Source of the DNA: Octopus sinensis
Lineage: Eukaryota
Length of the DNA: 64,000 nt
Assembly (NCBI RefSeq): GCF_006345805.1
Contig: NW_021834487.1
Coordinates: 62,001 to 126,000, forward strand
Reading direction: 5' to 3'
The notes below the pieces were generated by a model. The model was not told where the DNA came from, made no database searches, and was given only the letters and a program-made list of their open reading frames with translations. Below are positions 12,524 to 24,418 of the stretch, piece by piece. The position numbers and the translations under genes are program-made. Position 1 is the first letter of the stretch; each line of letters begins with the position of its first letter.

Positions 12524-12687
12524 CCATATATAGAATATACAACGGACTCTTTCAGTTTCCGTCTACCAAATCCACTCACAAGCTTTGGTCGGCACGAGGC
12601 TATAGTAGAAGACACTTACCCAAGTTGCCACGCAGTGGGATTGAACCTGGAACCATGTGTTTCGTAAGCAAGCTACTTACCACACAC
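12038..12687 (-). mobile_element. SINE A with a nested C1 element in its microsatellite
   Basis: Tail 12038-12235, (CA)n, insert 12288-12436, (TA)n, head 12540-12687. Confidence 0.88.
12288..12436 (+). mobile_element. C1 short element with a variant hammerhead motif (putatively Penelope-derived)
   Basis: CTTT-CTGTAGA-A-GAG-TGTAGG-CTC-GAAA-C-GTA-AAAG at 12317-12352; downstream CCTGAGCGTTATACTAATAC is shared with other copies. Confidence 0.7.
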
Positions 12688-12862
12688 CCACGTATATGTA
12701 TTTGTATAAAATATATAGATTACAGAAAACATTCCAGAAGTTTAACATGTATCATGTTGCGTATGTACACTTAAATGAGTCAAAACATACATATTTACAC
12801 GTGCAATGACAACGAAATGTGTTCAAATGTGTGTGCTTGAACATATGTACATGCACGCAAGC

Positions 12863-13576
12863 TTAAAGTGAATGCACCTTTGCAAGTTTCCATACCTATA
12901 TACATTCTATTTCCATCTCTTATCTGTTACTTGTGTCAGTCATAGGACTACGGTCTTGCTGGTGCACCATCTTGAAGGAGGATTTAGTCGAGCAAGTCGA
13001 TACCAATACTGTTCTTTTCTAAGCCTATCAGCCTCTGATTGCCGATCCTCTGCATTAAAGGGATGTAATCAAAATAATACCTATTTCTTTATTACCCACA
13101 AGGGGCTAAACACAGAGGGGACAAACAAGGACAGACATAGGTATTAAGTCGATTATATCGACCCCAGTGCGCAACTGGTACTTAATTTATCGACCCCGAA
13201 AGGATGAAAGGCAAAGTCGACCTCGGCGAAATTTGAACTCACAACGTAACGCAGACGTAATACCGCTAAGCATTTCGCCGGGCGTGCTAATGTTTCTGCC
13301 AGCTCGCCGCCTTAACAAAACAATACCGGTTGTCTAGCGGTGGTGATGAATAAAGTTACATGTGTGTGAGTGTGTGTATCACTGCGTTTCTGTATATCCT
13401 CCATCACCGCTTCACAACCGGTGCTGACTTGTTTACGTCCGACTTGCTCGACTAAATCCTTCTTCAAGATGGTGCACCAGCAAGACCGTAGTCCTATGAC
13501 TGACACAAGTAACAGATAAGAGATGGAAATAGAATGTATATAGGTATGGAAACTTGCAAAGGTGCATTCACTTTAA
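12863..13576. repeat. Near-identical local inverted duplication (137 bp arms, 440 bp spacer)
   Basis: 12863-12999 is the reverse complement of 13440-13576 with one mismatch found by eye; the arms include non-SINE flank sequence. Confidence 0.9.
13082..13311 (-). mobile_element. SINE B, full length
   Basis: Complete reverse-complement match to the 10084 copy. Confidence 0.92.
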
Positions 13577-14139
13577 TGGTGCAGCAAATAGGACCCTATA
13601 GAATAAGGACCAGTCTTTAAACAAAATGACGTATTGGAGTCGATTTGTCCGACTAACCTCTTCAAGGATTTTGTCCGACTAAACCCAATAACTGAAACTA
13701 ATAAAATATGTATTTACATATGTACGCGTGTAAATTTAGGTGTGATGTTTACATGGTAAGAAACTTGCTTTCCAACCATATCGTTCTGGCCCCCTTGAGC
13801 AAGTGTCTTCTACTGTAGCTTCGGAAACTGATAGAAGCACGCGTATATATATGTATATATAAATACACGCACACACACACACATACTTTTGATATATATT
13901 TAAAATTAAAAAAATTAATTAATTAATTAATTAATTATTAATAAATAATATATAAATATAAAAATATACATACATACATATATATATATTTATATATATA
14001 TATAAAATTTATAAGTTTAAAATTTAAATAATTTTTTTTTTTAACTTTTATCTTTTAATTAATTTATGTATTGGCTTATGTTTTTCACTGTTTGATTTGC
14101 CTAATAGTGGTTTTATCTCTAATTTAATATAATATATAT

Positions 14140-14352
14140 ATATATAAATATCGCCATGATAAATCGTTAGCCACTACACATATTTTTTTTCTTTCCTTGT
14201 TTCTCTCCTTGTTTCTTCTGTGTCCCTTTCTGTAGCAGAGCGTAGGCTCGAAACGTAAAAGACTTTTTCTATTCCTGAGCGTTATAGTAATACATCTGCT
14301 TATTTTGTACACCACCTGTCTTCGTCTTTTGTTTTTTTCGTAAACTCTCCTA
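14140..14352 (+). mobile_element. C1 short element with a degenerate hammerhead motif
   Basis: CTTT-CTGTAGC-A-GAG-CGTAGG-CTC-GAAA-C-GTA-AAAG at 14226-14261. Confidence 0.7.
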
Positions 14353-14363
14353 ATATATATGTA

Positions 14364-14401
<38 letters not shown>

Positions 14402-14402
<1 letters not shown>

Positions 14403-14598
14403 TGCCCCCGTCCACCGCCGCCTGACAACCAGTGCTAATGTGTTTATCTTCCTGTAACCTCCGCGGTTCGGGAAAAACGGGAACAATAGAGTAAGTACAT
14501 GGTTTTAAAAATAAAGTACTGGGGTCGATACATTTGACTAACAAGTCTTCAAGGCGGCTCTCTAGCATGGCTGCAGTCAAATGACTAAAATAAGTAAG
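14402..14598 (+). mobile_element. SINE A 3' half
   Basis: GACAACCAGTGCT...CTAGCATGGCTGCAGTCAAATGACT follows a (TG)n tract. Confidence 0.8.
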
Positions 14599-14627
14599 AT
14601 ATATTATGTACATGTTGCCCCCCCCCT

Positions 14628-15039
14628 CTCCAAAGATGGGGCCACCATCACACATTAAACAACTCCCTAACCTGGCTGAGAGAGCGATTGCACAAGAGAC
14701 TAATCAGTAGGAAGTATGACGTTGAGTGGAAACCTCATTCCCCGAACTTGAACCCACCAGATTTTTATCTGTTGGGGGTATCACAAGGATAATGTTTACC
14801 AAAACAACCCTCAAACGATTGGTGAACCGAAGGCAGCAATCACAGCTAAAATCAGAGAAATCTCCAAATAGGAATGTGTTCGAGTAATTGACAATTTTGC
14901 GTATCGTATGCAAGTGTTTGCGCGACGTATGCCATTTGGAGCATATTTTGAAAATTACATGACTTTTATGCAAAGGGAATGATCGTACCTTTGTAAGATT
15001 CAATAAAATTTTTACGGGTTGTCTTTTGGGGTCACCCTG
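14628..15039 (+). mobile_element. Tc1/mariner-superfamily (maT/DD37D-like) transposase 3' fragment with right TIR
   Basis: Frameshifted QDGAT...LISRKYDVEWKPHSPNLNPPDFYLLGYHKDNVYQNNPQTIGE...CVRVIDNF; ends GGGGTCACCCTG followed by TA. Confidence 0.8.
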
Positions 15040-15240
15040 TATTTATCGATGTCCTTAAATATATGAGTATGGTAGGTACGTGTGACTAGCTGAATATTTA
15101 CGAAAACACCTGTGTGAATTTGTTTTTGATCTACCAACCTGATTATGTGCGTCCGAACGTGCGTACATTCATGATAGTATGCATGCGTGCGTGTGTGAGT
15201 GTAAGTACGTGTGTGTGCGTGCATGATTGTGTATATGTGT

Positions 15241-15288
<48 letters not shown>

Positions 15289-15446
15289 TTACGTGTGAGT
15301 GTACGCCGTTTCAATCTTCTATGGGGAGTATATTTGATACATGAGTAACCCTCTAAGCTTTTCAATGTGTTGCAAGACAGCGTGTGAGAAATTGTGTAAT
15401 TTTATGCGTGAGGATTTTGCGTGCATGTGTGCATGTAAGCGAGTAC

Positions 15447-15478
<32 letters not shown>

Positions 15479-16656
15479 CTGGTGTGTGTGTGTCTGTCTG
15501 TGTGTGTGTCTGTGTGTGTGTTTAAAAGTGTGAGCGTATGGGTAGATACATGTGTATGTGTGTGCATTCGTGCGTGAGTTTTTGTCAGTGTATGTGTGAG
15601 TGTAATTGTGTATGTTTAGACCTGTGTATGTATTTGCGTGTTTGTGCGATTGTATATGTCTTTCTATTTGAGTATGTTTTTGTGCATATCTATGTATGCG
15701 TGTATGAAAGAATCGAGTTTGTAGCAGAGAAATAGTATGACAGAATGCGCCCTAACCTAACCTCCTCCCATACACAGCACGCACGTCGTTTTTCATTCTT
15801 TTATTCTATTAAAATTTCTTTCCCAACCTCATTGACCGCACTGCGAAAGGTCAAGTCCATTAACCCTACCCCGGGAATCCTCGTGGAGGCAACCGAAACT
15901 TATAGAAGCTGTCCTTTATTAAAAACGTTCAACGCCAAACCCAACTCATCCCCTTCCCCTTTCCATCTCGTTGCGTTTAACTGTTTCTCACTTAGACGGG
16001 CTTTTTCTCTCGCTCTCTTTCAGACCTGCAATAGATCTAGGTACTAATTTATTACAGATCTACCTTCGAATAAATTTAGACACACACACAAAACACACCA
16101 ACACACAATCACACACACATGCACGCACACACACACATACACAGACACAATCATACACACACACACACACAATCGCACAAAGATACGTATATATGGACAT
16201 GCATACATTCATGTAAAATTGCATATACATACACAGAGACACAGGCGTACACACATACACACACACCCATACAAACACACAATCAAGCACACACACAATC
16301 ACACACATACAATCACACAGCTATTTATATAAGTATATGCATACATATATCTATATATGTATATACATCCATACACACACATATACAGGTAGATTGATAG
16401 ATACATAGATAAGCGTGTGTGTATATATATGTGATAGTCGGTCTGGTCAGATTCGCTGTATGAATGTACATATGTGAGTATGTGTGTGTGTGTGTGCAGG
16501 TATGTATTTGTATATCTACTCTTTTAGGCATCTTTGTGTTGTTGATAAGCCATATAGGTTTTTTTCCAATTCCGCGTAGCTTGGAGGTGCAGTAGAAGAA
16601 ACTCTGCCCAAGTATGGCCTCAATTCATTGTTTGAAACGAGTGAATGAACAAAATA

Positions 16657-16846
16657 CGAGTGGGTACTGAAAAGTTCCTAGTTTTGGGAAAGGAAAATAC
16701 AGGAGCATCAGTTAATTATAATTTTATTCAACATATTCAAACACTTATTAGGTTTTCTAAGCCCTGTAAAAGAATTCGGAAGTCTGGGCCTCTGACTAGG
16801 CCTTTTGCAATACCCTCAAAACCAGAAGGTTTTCAGCACCCTTTCG
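16657..16846. mobile_element. Mariner-type MITE
   Basis: Imperfect TIRs CGAGTGGGTACTGAAAAGTTCC and GGTTTTCAGCACCCTTTCG; same family as 33778. Confidence 0.75.
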
Positions 16847-16883
16847 CATATATTTATATATATGCATATACAAATCAACGCAG

Positions 16884-16925
16884 AACTGTTACTCCGAGTT
16901 TCACGTTTCTCTTCATCGGACAGCT
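16884..16925 (-). ncRNA. Minimal type I hammerhead-like motif (U4C, weak helix II)
   Basis: AGCTGT-CCGATGA-AGAGAAACGT-GAAA-CTCGGAGT-A-ACAGTT; helix I 6 bp, near-palindromic helix III. Confidence 0.5.
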
Positions 16926-16959
16926 GTGATGAAAATTTTTGCTGAAAAGTTTTCATCAC

Positions 16960-17001
16960 AACTGTCTGACGAACGTAAACGTGAAATTCTGAGTAACAGT
17001 T
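16960..17001 (+). ncRNA. Minimal type I hammerhead ribozyme motif
   Basis: AACTGT-CTGACGA-ACG/TAAA/CGT-GAAA-TTCTGAGT-A-ACAGTT; helix I 6 bp, helix II 3 bp, GUA triplet with predicted cut after 16995. Confidence 0.7.
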
Positions 17002-17103
17002 CTATGATAATTTTGCAGCTTTAATAAATAAAAAAATTATATTATTCTACCTTCACTATTCGAGTACTACATTTTCCATATATGTTCTCCTGTGAGTGTG
17101 TGT

Positions 17104-17157
<54 letters not shown>

Positions 17158-17363
17158 AACGAAAACAGAAAATGAAGAAGTACTTTTGTTTTCCTTAAAT
17201 GTTGATTCTTGATAAACCCATGTTTATCCTTATCCTTAACTATAATTTATAAGCATAATATGTTTGCATATGTATGGCCATGATTAAACATAGGTAATAT
17301 ACGGTGGTATAATGGATACTTCTATCCTTAGACGATTATTTAACCCTTAACTCAACTAACCTG

Positions 17364-17443
<80 letters not shown>

Positions 17444-17464
17444 CGTACGTACGTACGTACAAAA

Positions 17465-17570
17465 ACACCCTGTTGTTGATGTTGAAATTCCAACGAATGA
17501 GCCTTGAATCTAGGTTAGAAACCGGCTCTTTCTCTATTGGCAAGAAATCTTGAAATAAAGCTGAACAATG
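17465..17570 (+). mobile_element. Short interspersed repeat F (second copy at 63853-63940)
   Basis: GTTGAAATTCCAA...GAGCCTTG(A/G)ATCTAGGTTAGAAACCGGCTCTTTC...ATTGGCAAGAAATCTTGAAA is shared by both copies. Confidence 0.75.
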
Positions 17571-18584
17571 GCATACATACATACATACATACATACATAT
17601 ACACAAACATACATACATGTATCCGTCTGTCTGTGTGTGGAATGAAGCTTTATACTTTAAAAATGTGCTACTGTAAACATGACGCTGCTTCAATTTCAAC
17701 TTTACTTGTTATTAATATTTTTTTAGTGTTTTGTCATATACGTTCTTTGCAACAGTAATAATAAAAATTTTCAAAGTCTATATTCGTTACAAGGACTTCT
17801 CAGTCTTATCTTCTGGATGAAATCGTTTTAATGCTTTTTATTATTTCTCTTTTATTACTGGCAATTAATCTTGGGGAATGATGTTGTGTCTGTTTATTTA
17901 TTCGTTATCACCAGACTTGTATTTTTCTCCATTGACGTCACGTTTCTTTCAACAATTAGCAAATAGTTTTGGCCATGGTGTATGGTTGTGGTTTATTGCT
18001 AGGCTATTTTATTCGTATATTGAGCTTTCTGTCATATTTTTGCCATTAATATGGCTTCTAGTTTTGTGAGGATTTTGCATAAGATAGTTAGTTCTGTTAT
18101 CAACTAATGCTTGGTTATTGTATATACTTATATATATATATATATATATCGCTGTGTTTGTATTATTATTATTATGTAATAGATTGTGCTCTAATGGCTT
18201 CTTGTTGAGGATGTGTGGTCATTCATCGAAAAAGTGTCGCACATGTGTGTCCTATGCAACAGGTTTATCGATAATACTATAGGATCATACATGAAATAAA
18301 TATAGTGAGTTGAAAACAACCACTTATCCGAAGTTATGCATGCAATAGCAGACAAAAACACCGCCAGGGGTATTTAAAAACATAAAGGCAATAATTAATG
18401 GAGATACCTCCAATAAATATCATTTAACTCAAGTCTTTGAAAATACAGAAAATGTGGTGTTAGTGTTGATCTTGTGGTGGTATTTACAGCTTCTATGTCG
18501 GCAAATGCATTTGTAATTTATGCTTCCTCTGTAGTTTATTTAACTATTTTGCAGTGTTGCAGTTAGTTGTAGATGCGAACATTC

Positions 18585-19015
18585 TTTTAATCCTTTATTC
18601 TTTTATCTTTTTATTCCATTATTCGTTTCGCTCATTGAACTTATACCATGCTGAGGCACCGTCTTAAAGGGTTTCAGTTGATAAAATAACCCCCCAATAC
18701 ATCTCTTTGTAGGAAACTGGTTCTTATTTTTGTGTTCTCTCTTTTATCAAATCCCTAAGTTATGGAAGCTTAAATGAACCTATAAATGATAGTCAACCAT
18801 TTAGAGACAAACACAAAGATGCAATCACATACACTGTCACATACAGAGAGTTACATACATGCACATACGCACACTCACTGGTTTCCATATCAGTTTCCGC
18901 CGACACAATTCACATTCACTCGCAAACGCTTGGTAGCCTCAGAACTCTGATAGTAGACATTTGTTCAAGGTTTTGTGCGGTGGGACTAAATCCAGAACCA
19001 TATGGCTGCAAAGTG
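18585..19015 (-). mobile_element. Old, strongly diverged SINE A-related copy
   Basis: Degenerate tail (CCATGCTGAGGCACCGTCTT) and head (GTGGGACTAAATCCAGAACCATATGG). Confidence 0.55.
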
Positions 19016-19192
19016 ATGCAAATCCGTAGCTTCTTCTGACAACATTTTCAATGATAATATTGTTCAAAGTAACTGGAAGGCAAAAATAAACTTGCTAGGC
19101 CTACCATTTCCTTATCCAGTTAGTCTCCATATTGACACAGAGTATACTCGCGGTGCCTCGATCCAGTAGAAATATCCTTAGGAATATTTAGG

Positions 19193-19241
19193 AATACATT
19201 ATCCAATGCGTCCACATAATGGACGCATTGGATAATGTATT
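19193..19241. repeat. Perfect 22 bp hairpin with a 5 nt loop
   Basis: AATACATTATCCAATGCGTCCA-CATAA-TGGACGCATTGGATAATGTATT. Confidence 0.95.
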
Positions 19242-19789
19242 ATTAAATATATTGTGTCCGAATAAAAGAGCGAAAATTTGTTTTCTACGAACATTTTAAT
19301 AACAGATTAGGGCTGAGCTGAGCCTAAGCAACGATCTACGAGCCAGCAAAGAAGTTTCAGTATGGTCGCTTGGCTTCCTAGAAATAACAGCTAAATTCTT
19401 TCAAATCAAATACGAGTGTCTTAAAAGAAGAAATGACACATTAGATAATGTAATCCTAGACATACAAACAGGTGGATGATTGCAGATGGAAAGCGGTTTT
19501 TCTCATATGTCTGCTCAATCAGGCCCGTGGCACGTAATTAAGCAACAATACCGCTACCAACAACGCAGATAATGAATCATACGATAACGTAGAATAAGCA
19601 GTGTGTAAAGAAGCAAAATATCTGTGATAGTTGTGTATCCAGACGATGCTGGTGTCTGACATACGGCTGAAGAGAATCAAAGGTTTTACCTTCAATATTT
19701 CAATGATAAAGAAGAAAACCTGAAATCTTACGAAACAACCAGTTGTACAATTTCTCATATTTAAGCACAAACATAATTAGATAGTTAAA

Positions 19790-20150
19790 CCCGCTTAGCA
19801 GCCACTTGATTTCAGGTTCAGTCTCACTGCCCAACACCTTGGGCAAATGTCTTCTACTATAGCTCCAGGCGGACCAATTGGTTGTGACTTAATTTGGTAG
19901 GCAGAAACTGTGCGGAATCCTGTCGTATGTGTGTGTGTGTATCTTTTATGTCTGTGCTTGCTCCCAACATTGCTTGACAACCGGTGCTGGTTTATTTGCA
20001 TCCCAGTAACTTTTACCGTTTAGCAAAAGAGACCGATACAATAAGCCCCATGTTTTAAAACGATAATAGTGGGATCGACTGTTTTGACTAAGACCATTCA
20101 AGGCGGTGCTACAGCATGGTCACTCAATGAAATAATTAAAAAGCAAAAGA
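19790..20150 (+). mobile_element. SINE A, diverged
   Basis: GGTTCAGTCTCACTGC...CTTGGGCAAATGTCTTCTACTATAGC head; GGCGGTGCTACAGCATGG tail. Confidence 0.75.
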
Positions 20151-20599
20151 AATCCCAGCGAGTTATTAATTCACACAGAATCATACAGTAATGCATACAA
20201 ACTTTTTGTTTGTCCATCTCGATGTTCAAGGTACTCCGCAATCACTGGCGGACAATTGAATGATATTTTGGGAGGGCTTTTTATAATTCTGTATCTATAC
20301 ATTCTTTTCTGCTTCTTCGGGAAGTTCCGAGTGCCATTCTCCGCCAATAGGAACAGCACCAACATGAACACTGGATAGCGATGTCTTCCACTTTTAATGT
20401 TTTCGATGTTGTTTCACTTTAAATTGGATTCAGCTGGTTTATAAACTTTACATTGGTCATGCCAGGTGCTGACCCTGGTTTTGACTTTTCTCTTTAAATT
20501 GTTTCAGCTTTAAAGCTGCGGTAACGCTGGGCACCTTTTTTTTTTTTCTGAGGTGTGGATTTTAGAAAGTGTTTGCTAAAAATAAGCATCATTCTAAAT

Positions 20600-21213
20600 A
20601 TTCTTTTCTACTCTAGGCACAAGGCCCGAAATTTTGGGGGAGGGGGCTAGACGATTAGATCGATCCAGTACGCAACTGGTACTTAATTTATCGACTCCGA
20701 AGGGATGAAAGGTAATGTCGAATTCGGTGGAATTTGGACTCAGAACGTAACGGCAGACGAAATACCCATTTCTTTATTACCCACAAGGGGCTAAACACAG
20801 AGGGGACAAACAAGGACAGACAAACGGATAAAGTCGATTATATTGACCCCAGTGCGTAACTGGTACTCATTTATCGACCCCGAAAGGACGAAAGGCAAAG
20901 TCAACCTCAGCGAAATTTGAACTCAGAACGTAACGGCCGACGAAACACCTCTAAGCATTTTGCCCGGCGTGCTAACGTTTCTTATTTCTTTACTGCCTAC
21001 AAGGGGCTACACATAGAGGGGACAAACAAGGACAGACAAACCGATTAAGCCCATTATATAGACCCCAGTGCGTAACTGGTACTTATTTAATCAACCCCGA
21101 AAGGATTAAAGGCAAAGTCGACCGTGGCAGAATTTGAACTCAGAACGTAGTGGCAGACGAAATACTGCTAAGCATTTCGCCCAGCGTGCTAACGTCTCTG
21201 CCAGCTCACCGCC
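20600..21213 (-). mobile_element. Head-to-tail trimer of SINE B (two B1 tails, one B2 tail)
   Basis: Three CORE-like blocks; minus-strand junctions AAAGAAATA|AGAAACGTTAGC and AAAGAAAT|GGGTATTTCGTC; last copy ends CCTTGTGCCTAGAGTAGAAAAGAAT. Confidence 0.9.
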
Positions 21214-22154
21214 TTATCCTTCTGAATATAAAATGGTAAATGTGGTACATTAACACTGATGTCACAGTTTTTTCTGCAATGAGAATACAAAATAAAATTA
21301 GTAGTTCACTGATGTCAACTGGTGTAATATGATGCTTTGTTGGAGATGTTAGTATTTGCAGTAGATCTTTTCAGTAAAACAATATAGTTTTTACCAACTT
21401 CTTCAAGAGAACATTCGACATTTAACTTGACCTCACTAAGGACAATAATATCTAATAAATAGCGATTCAGCTCTCAAGCAACAAGACATTTATGGAACCG
21501 GGAGTCTCTTCGGCAGATTACGAACGTCAGGCAATGTCTGTATAATCTAGGTTGAATGGTGTATTTTTACGATCGCTAAATGGATTGTGATGACGGACGC
21601 CTTTGAAACTACACGCAGTAACTTACTTAGGTATACGATATTTGTTCAGGACTTCTGAACTCTTTTCCAGGGCCACTGAGATCTTTCATCCGACCACCTG
21701 TCACCCAATACCTAAGTAACTGATATCACAAACTAACTCTTAAATCAATCAACGCTCTAATGTAAATAAATAAAAAGAAATAACTCATACCTCACACTGC
21801 TTTTGACACCAACCAAACTGACGAAGGCATAAATTAGAAAGTGAGAGAAAGAAGTTATTTTGTAGAGGATGAAATTAGCATAAATTTGAATAGCAAATAA
21901 ATGGATACTCCCTATATGATAAATTTTAAGCTTTTAAAAATTCCTTTCACGAAAAAGAAAAACAAAATATGAAAAAGAAAGGAAGAAAGAAAACAAGGGT
22001 CAATTGCTTGAAATCTTGAATGAGAGGCCATCATTTTTATAGAATTTAGAAAGAAATCATAGTTGAATTATTACACTGAAGACCGAAACGAACAGAACTA
22101 ATAATAATAATAATGATGATGATGATATTGATGATGATGATGATGATGAGGAGG

Positions 22155-22189
<35 letters not shown>

Positions 22190-22190
22190 A

Positions 22191-22776
22191 AATGCCCTGG
22201 TGCAGTACCAGACAGTGGCTCTATGCCCTGATGCAGTACCAGGTGGTGGCTCTCATGGCTTCTGATCTTAACTGACTGGAAGTGTTATCATGTACATTGT
22301 TTTCCCTTGGTATAAAAGATGGGCTACAGCAAATATTCTGCTCAATACCACAGATTGTTCGTCAATTGTTTGACCTTAATCAGTTGAGCATGTCCATTAG
22401 TGGCTGACGATATGTGCATGTCTGATTACGAGTAGAAGTAGTGGGGTGCAACATAGCCAAGTGTTGAGAGCAATTCGACTGGGTTTGGATAATTCACATC
22501 TGGAAACATGAATGTTTCGTTCAACATACTTAAACAATCCTTATTCAGGGAACTTTAGAGCAGGATGGGCTACGCGCCCAGAAGAAAATTCTAACAGGGC
22601 ACCACCTGCAAGGTCATGTGCTGTTTATCTTGAAATGAGACCACCATGTCGCGCACATATGGTTGTGATGCATGTGCCTAGGGTAAACTTATCAGACGAG
22701 TGGTCATGATGGGTAAACTGGGCTTCGTATATTTTACCCCAGTGTCACTTAGATAGCATGCACTGCTCTCTCACTC

Positions 22777-22777
<1 letters not shown>
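22191..22777 (+). mobile_element. ~590 bp non-coding interspersed element between (GAT)n and (AAT)n tracts; probable retroelement UTR or SINE
   Basis: Complex, higher-GC sequence bounded by trinucleotide arrays, with a 31 bp tandem duplication at its left end. No credible ORF; class and orientation are inferred. Confidence 0.5.
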
Positions 22778-22861
<84 letters not shown>

Positions 22862-22877
22862 GCAACAGCAACAACAG

Positions 22878-22908
<31 letters not shown>

Positions 22909-22915
22909 AATAATA

Positions 22916-22980
<65 letters not shown>
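22778..22980. repeat. Compound (AAT)n(AAC/AGC)n(AAT/GAT)n microsatellite
   Basis: Directly visible. Confidence 0.95.
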
Positions 22981-23108
22981 CCGTTCTACAATAGGCACTT
23001 GGCCTGAAATTTGGGGGAGAAGTTTTCAAATTTTGGCACGAGTACAGCAGGTTTGGTAATAATAGAAACAATAAATAAATAAATAAACGAGTGGGGGAAA
23101 CGGGTGTG

Positions 23109-23450
23109 GAAAAGACTGAAAAGTACCAGCTATTAAAAGATGAAATTGCACTAATATGGGGGACAATGAAAAAACTAACTACCATCATTGTAGTTGTAAG
23201 GTCACCGGGAGTTTTAAAAACCAGGTTTGAGAATATGTTAGAGAAATTGGTATTGACATGATGGTAGAACATATTCTGAGAACTGCTTTATTAGGGACAA
23301 CGAGGATTTTGAGATTGGTAAATGGGTGTAAAGTATCGTGGTATGATAGCCTGTGAGACCTTTGACGAGGTTACAGTCCGCTTTTACAGAATTAGCCAGA
23401 GTAAGTGAAATCGAGGGCTACGAGAGGTGAAATGGAAATAAGAAATATAC
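23109..23450 (+). mobile_element. Decayed RLE non-LTR (R4/Dong-like) C-terminus and 3' UTR
   Basis: EKTEKYQLLKDEIALIWGTMKK...VVV, then after a frameshift IGIDMMVEHILRTALLGTTRILRLV; stop at 23354-23356. This is a typical RLE tail (EK..KY..L, LGT.RILR). Confidence 0.8.
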
Positions 23451-23492
23451 AAATCACTTTTGCCCAAATGTGTGCCAAACTCTTTCTCTGCA

Positions 23493-23742
23493 TTCTTTTA
23501 CTCTTTTACTTGTTTCAGTCATTTGACTGTAACCATGCTGGAGCACCGCTTTTAGTCGAGCAAATCGTCCCCACGACTTATTCTTTGTAAGCCTATCGGT
23601 CTCTTTTGCTGAACCGCTATGTTACGAGGACGTAAACACACCAGCATCGGTTGTCAAGCGAAGTTGGGGGGGGGGGGACAAAACAGACGTACAAACACAT
23701 ACACACACATACATGCACACACATACACACGCCCCCACACGA

Positions 23743-23821
<79 letters not shown>

Positions 23822-23990
23822 CGATGGGCTTCTTTTAGTTTCCGTCTATCAAATCCACTCACAAGGCTTTGGTCGGCCCGAGGCTATAGTAGAAGACACT
23901 TGCCCAAGGTGCTACGCAGAGGGACTGAACCTGGAACCATGTGGTTCGTAAGCATGTTACTTAACACAGAGCCACGAGCCACTCCTACGC
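23493..23990 (-). mobile_element. SINE A, full length
   Basis: Reverse complement of the family structure. Confidence 0.9.
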
Positions 23991-24131
23991 CTATGTTAAA
24001 TGGTCTAAAACTGGTGGGAGCAAAGACAAAGTACTGCAAATGGTGTATAAACGAAGTGATAAAAACAGGTACATAATAGTGCCTTGCTTCTAAAATAAAG
24101 GTGGTACTGCCATTTTTTCTAAATATAGTAA

Positions 24132-24418
24132 AGTCGCATGACTCAGTGGTTAGAACGTCGAGCTTCCGAATGTGGGGTTGTGAGTGTGATTCCCGGACCG
24201 GGCTGCGTGTTGTGTTCATGAGTATGACACTTTATTTCACGTTGCTGCGGTATCAGCCTTTGCCTTTCCCTCGGATAATATCAGTGGTGTGGAGAGTGGA
24301 GACTGTTATACATGGGTGATTGTTGGTCTTCCACAAACAACCTTGCCCGTACTTGTGCCTCGGAGGGTCCACTTTCTAGGTGCAATCCCATGGCCATTCA
24401 TGACCGAAGGGGGTCTCC
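24132..24418 (+). mobile_element. tRNA-derived SINE, E-related head with a different tail
   Basis: A box TGACTCAGTGG, degenerate B box, GACACTTTATTTCACGTTGCT block shared with 47414; tail ends CATGACCGAAGGGGGTCT. Confidence 0.7.

Noticed and set aside
15860-15900. TCCTCG as an HDV-like ribozyme L3 loop
   Set aside because: No P3 or P1 pairing around it.
17485-17545. Repeat F as a hammerhead (AGCCT/AGGTT stem, GAAACCGG)
   Set aside because: The core is not CUGANGA in either copy and there is no helix I adjacent to a cleavage triplet; ancestry is possible but unsupported.
22070-22095. CTGAAGA-CC-GAAAC hammerhead-like string
   Set aside because: No helix II, no NUH triplet and no helix I.
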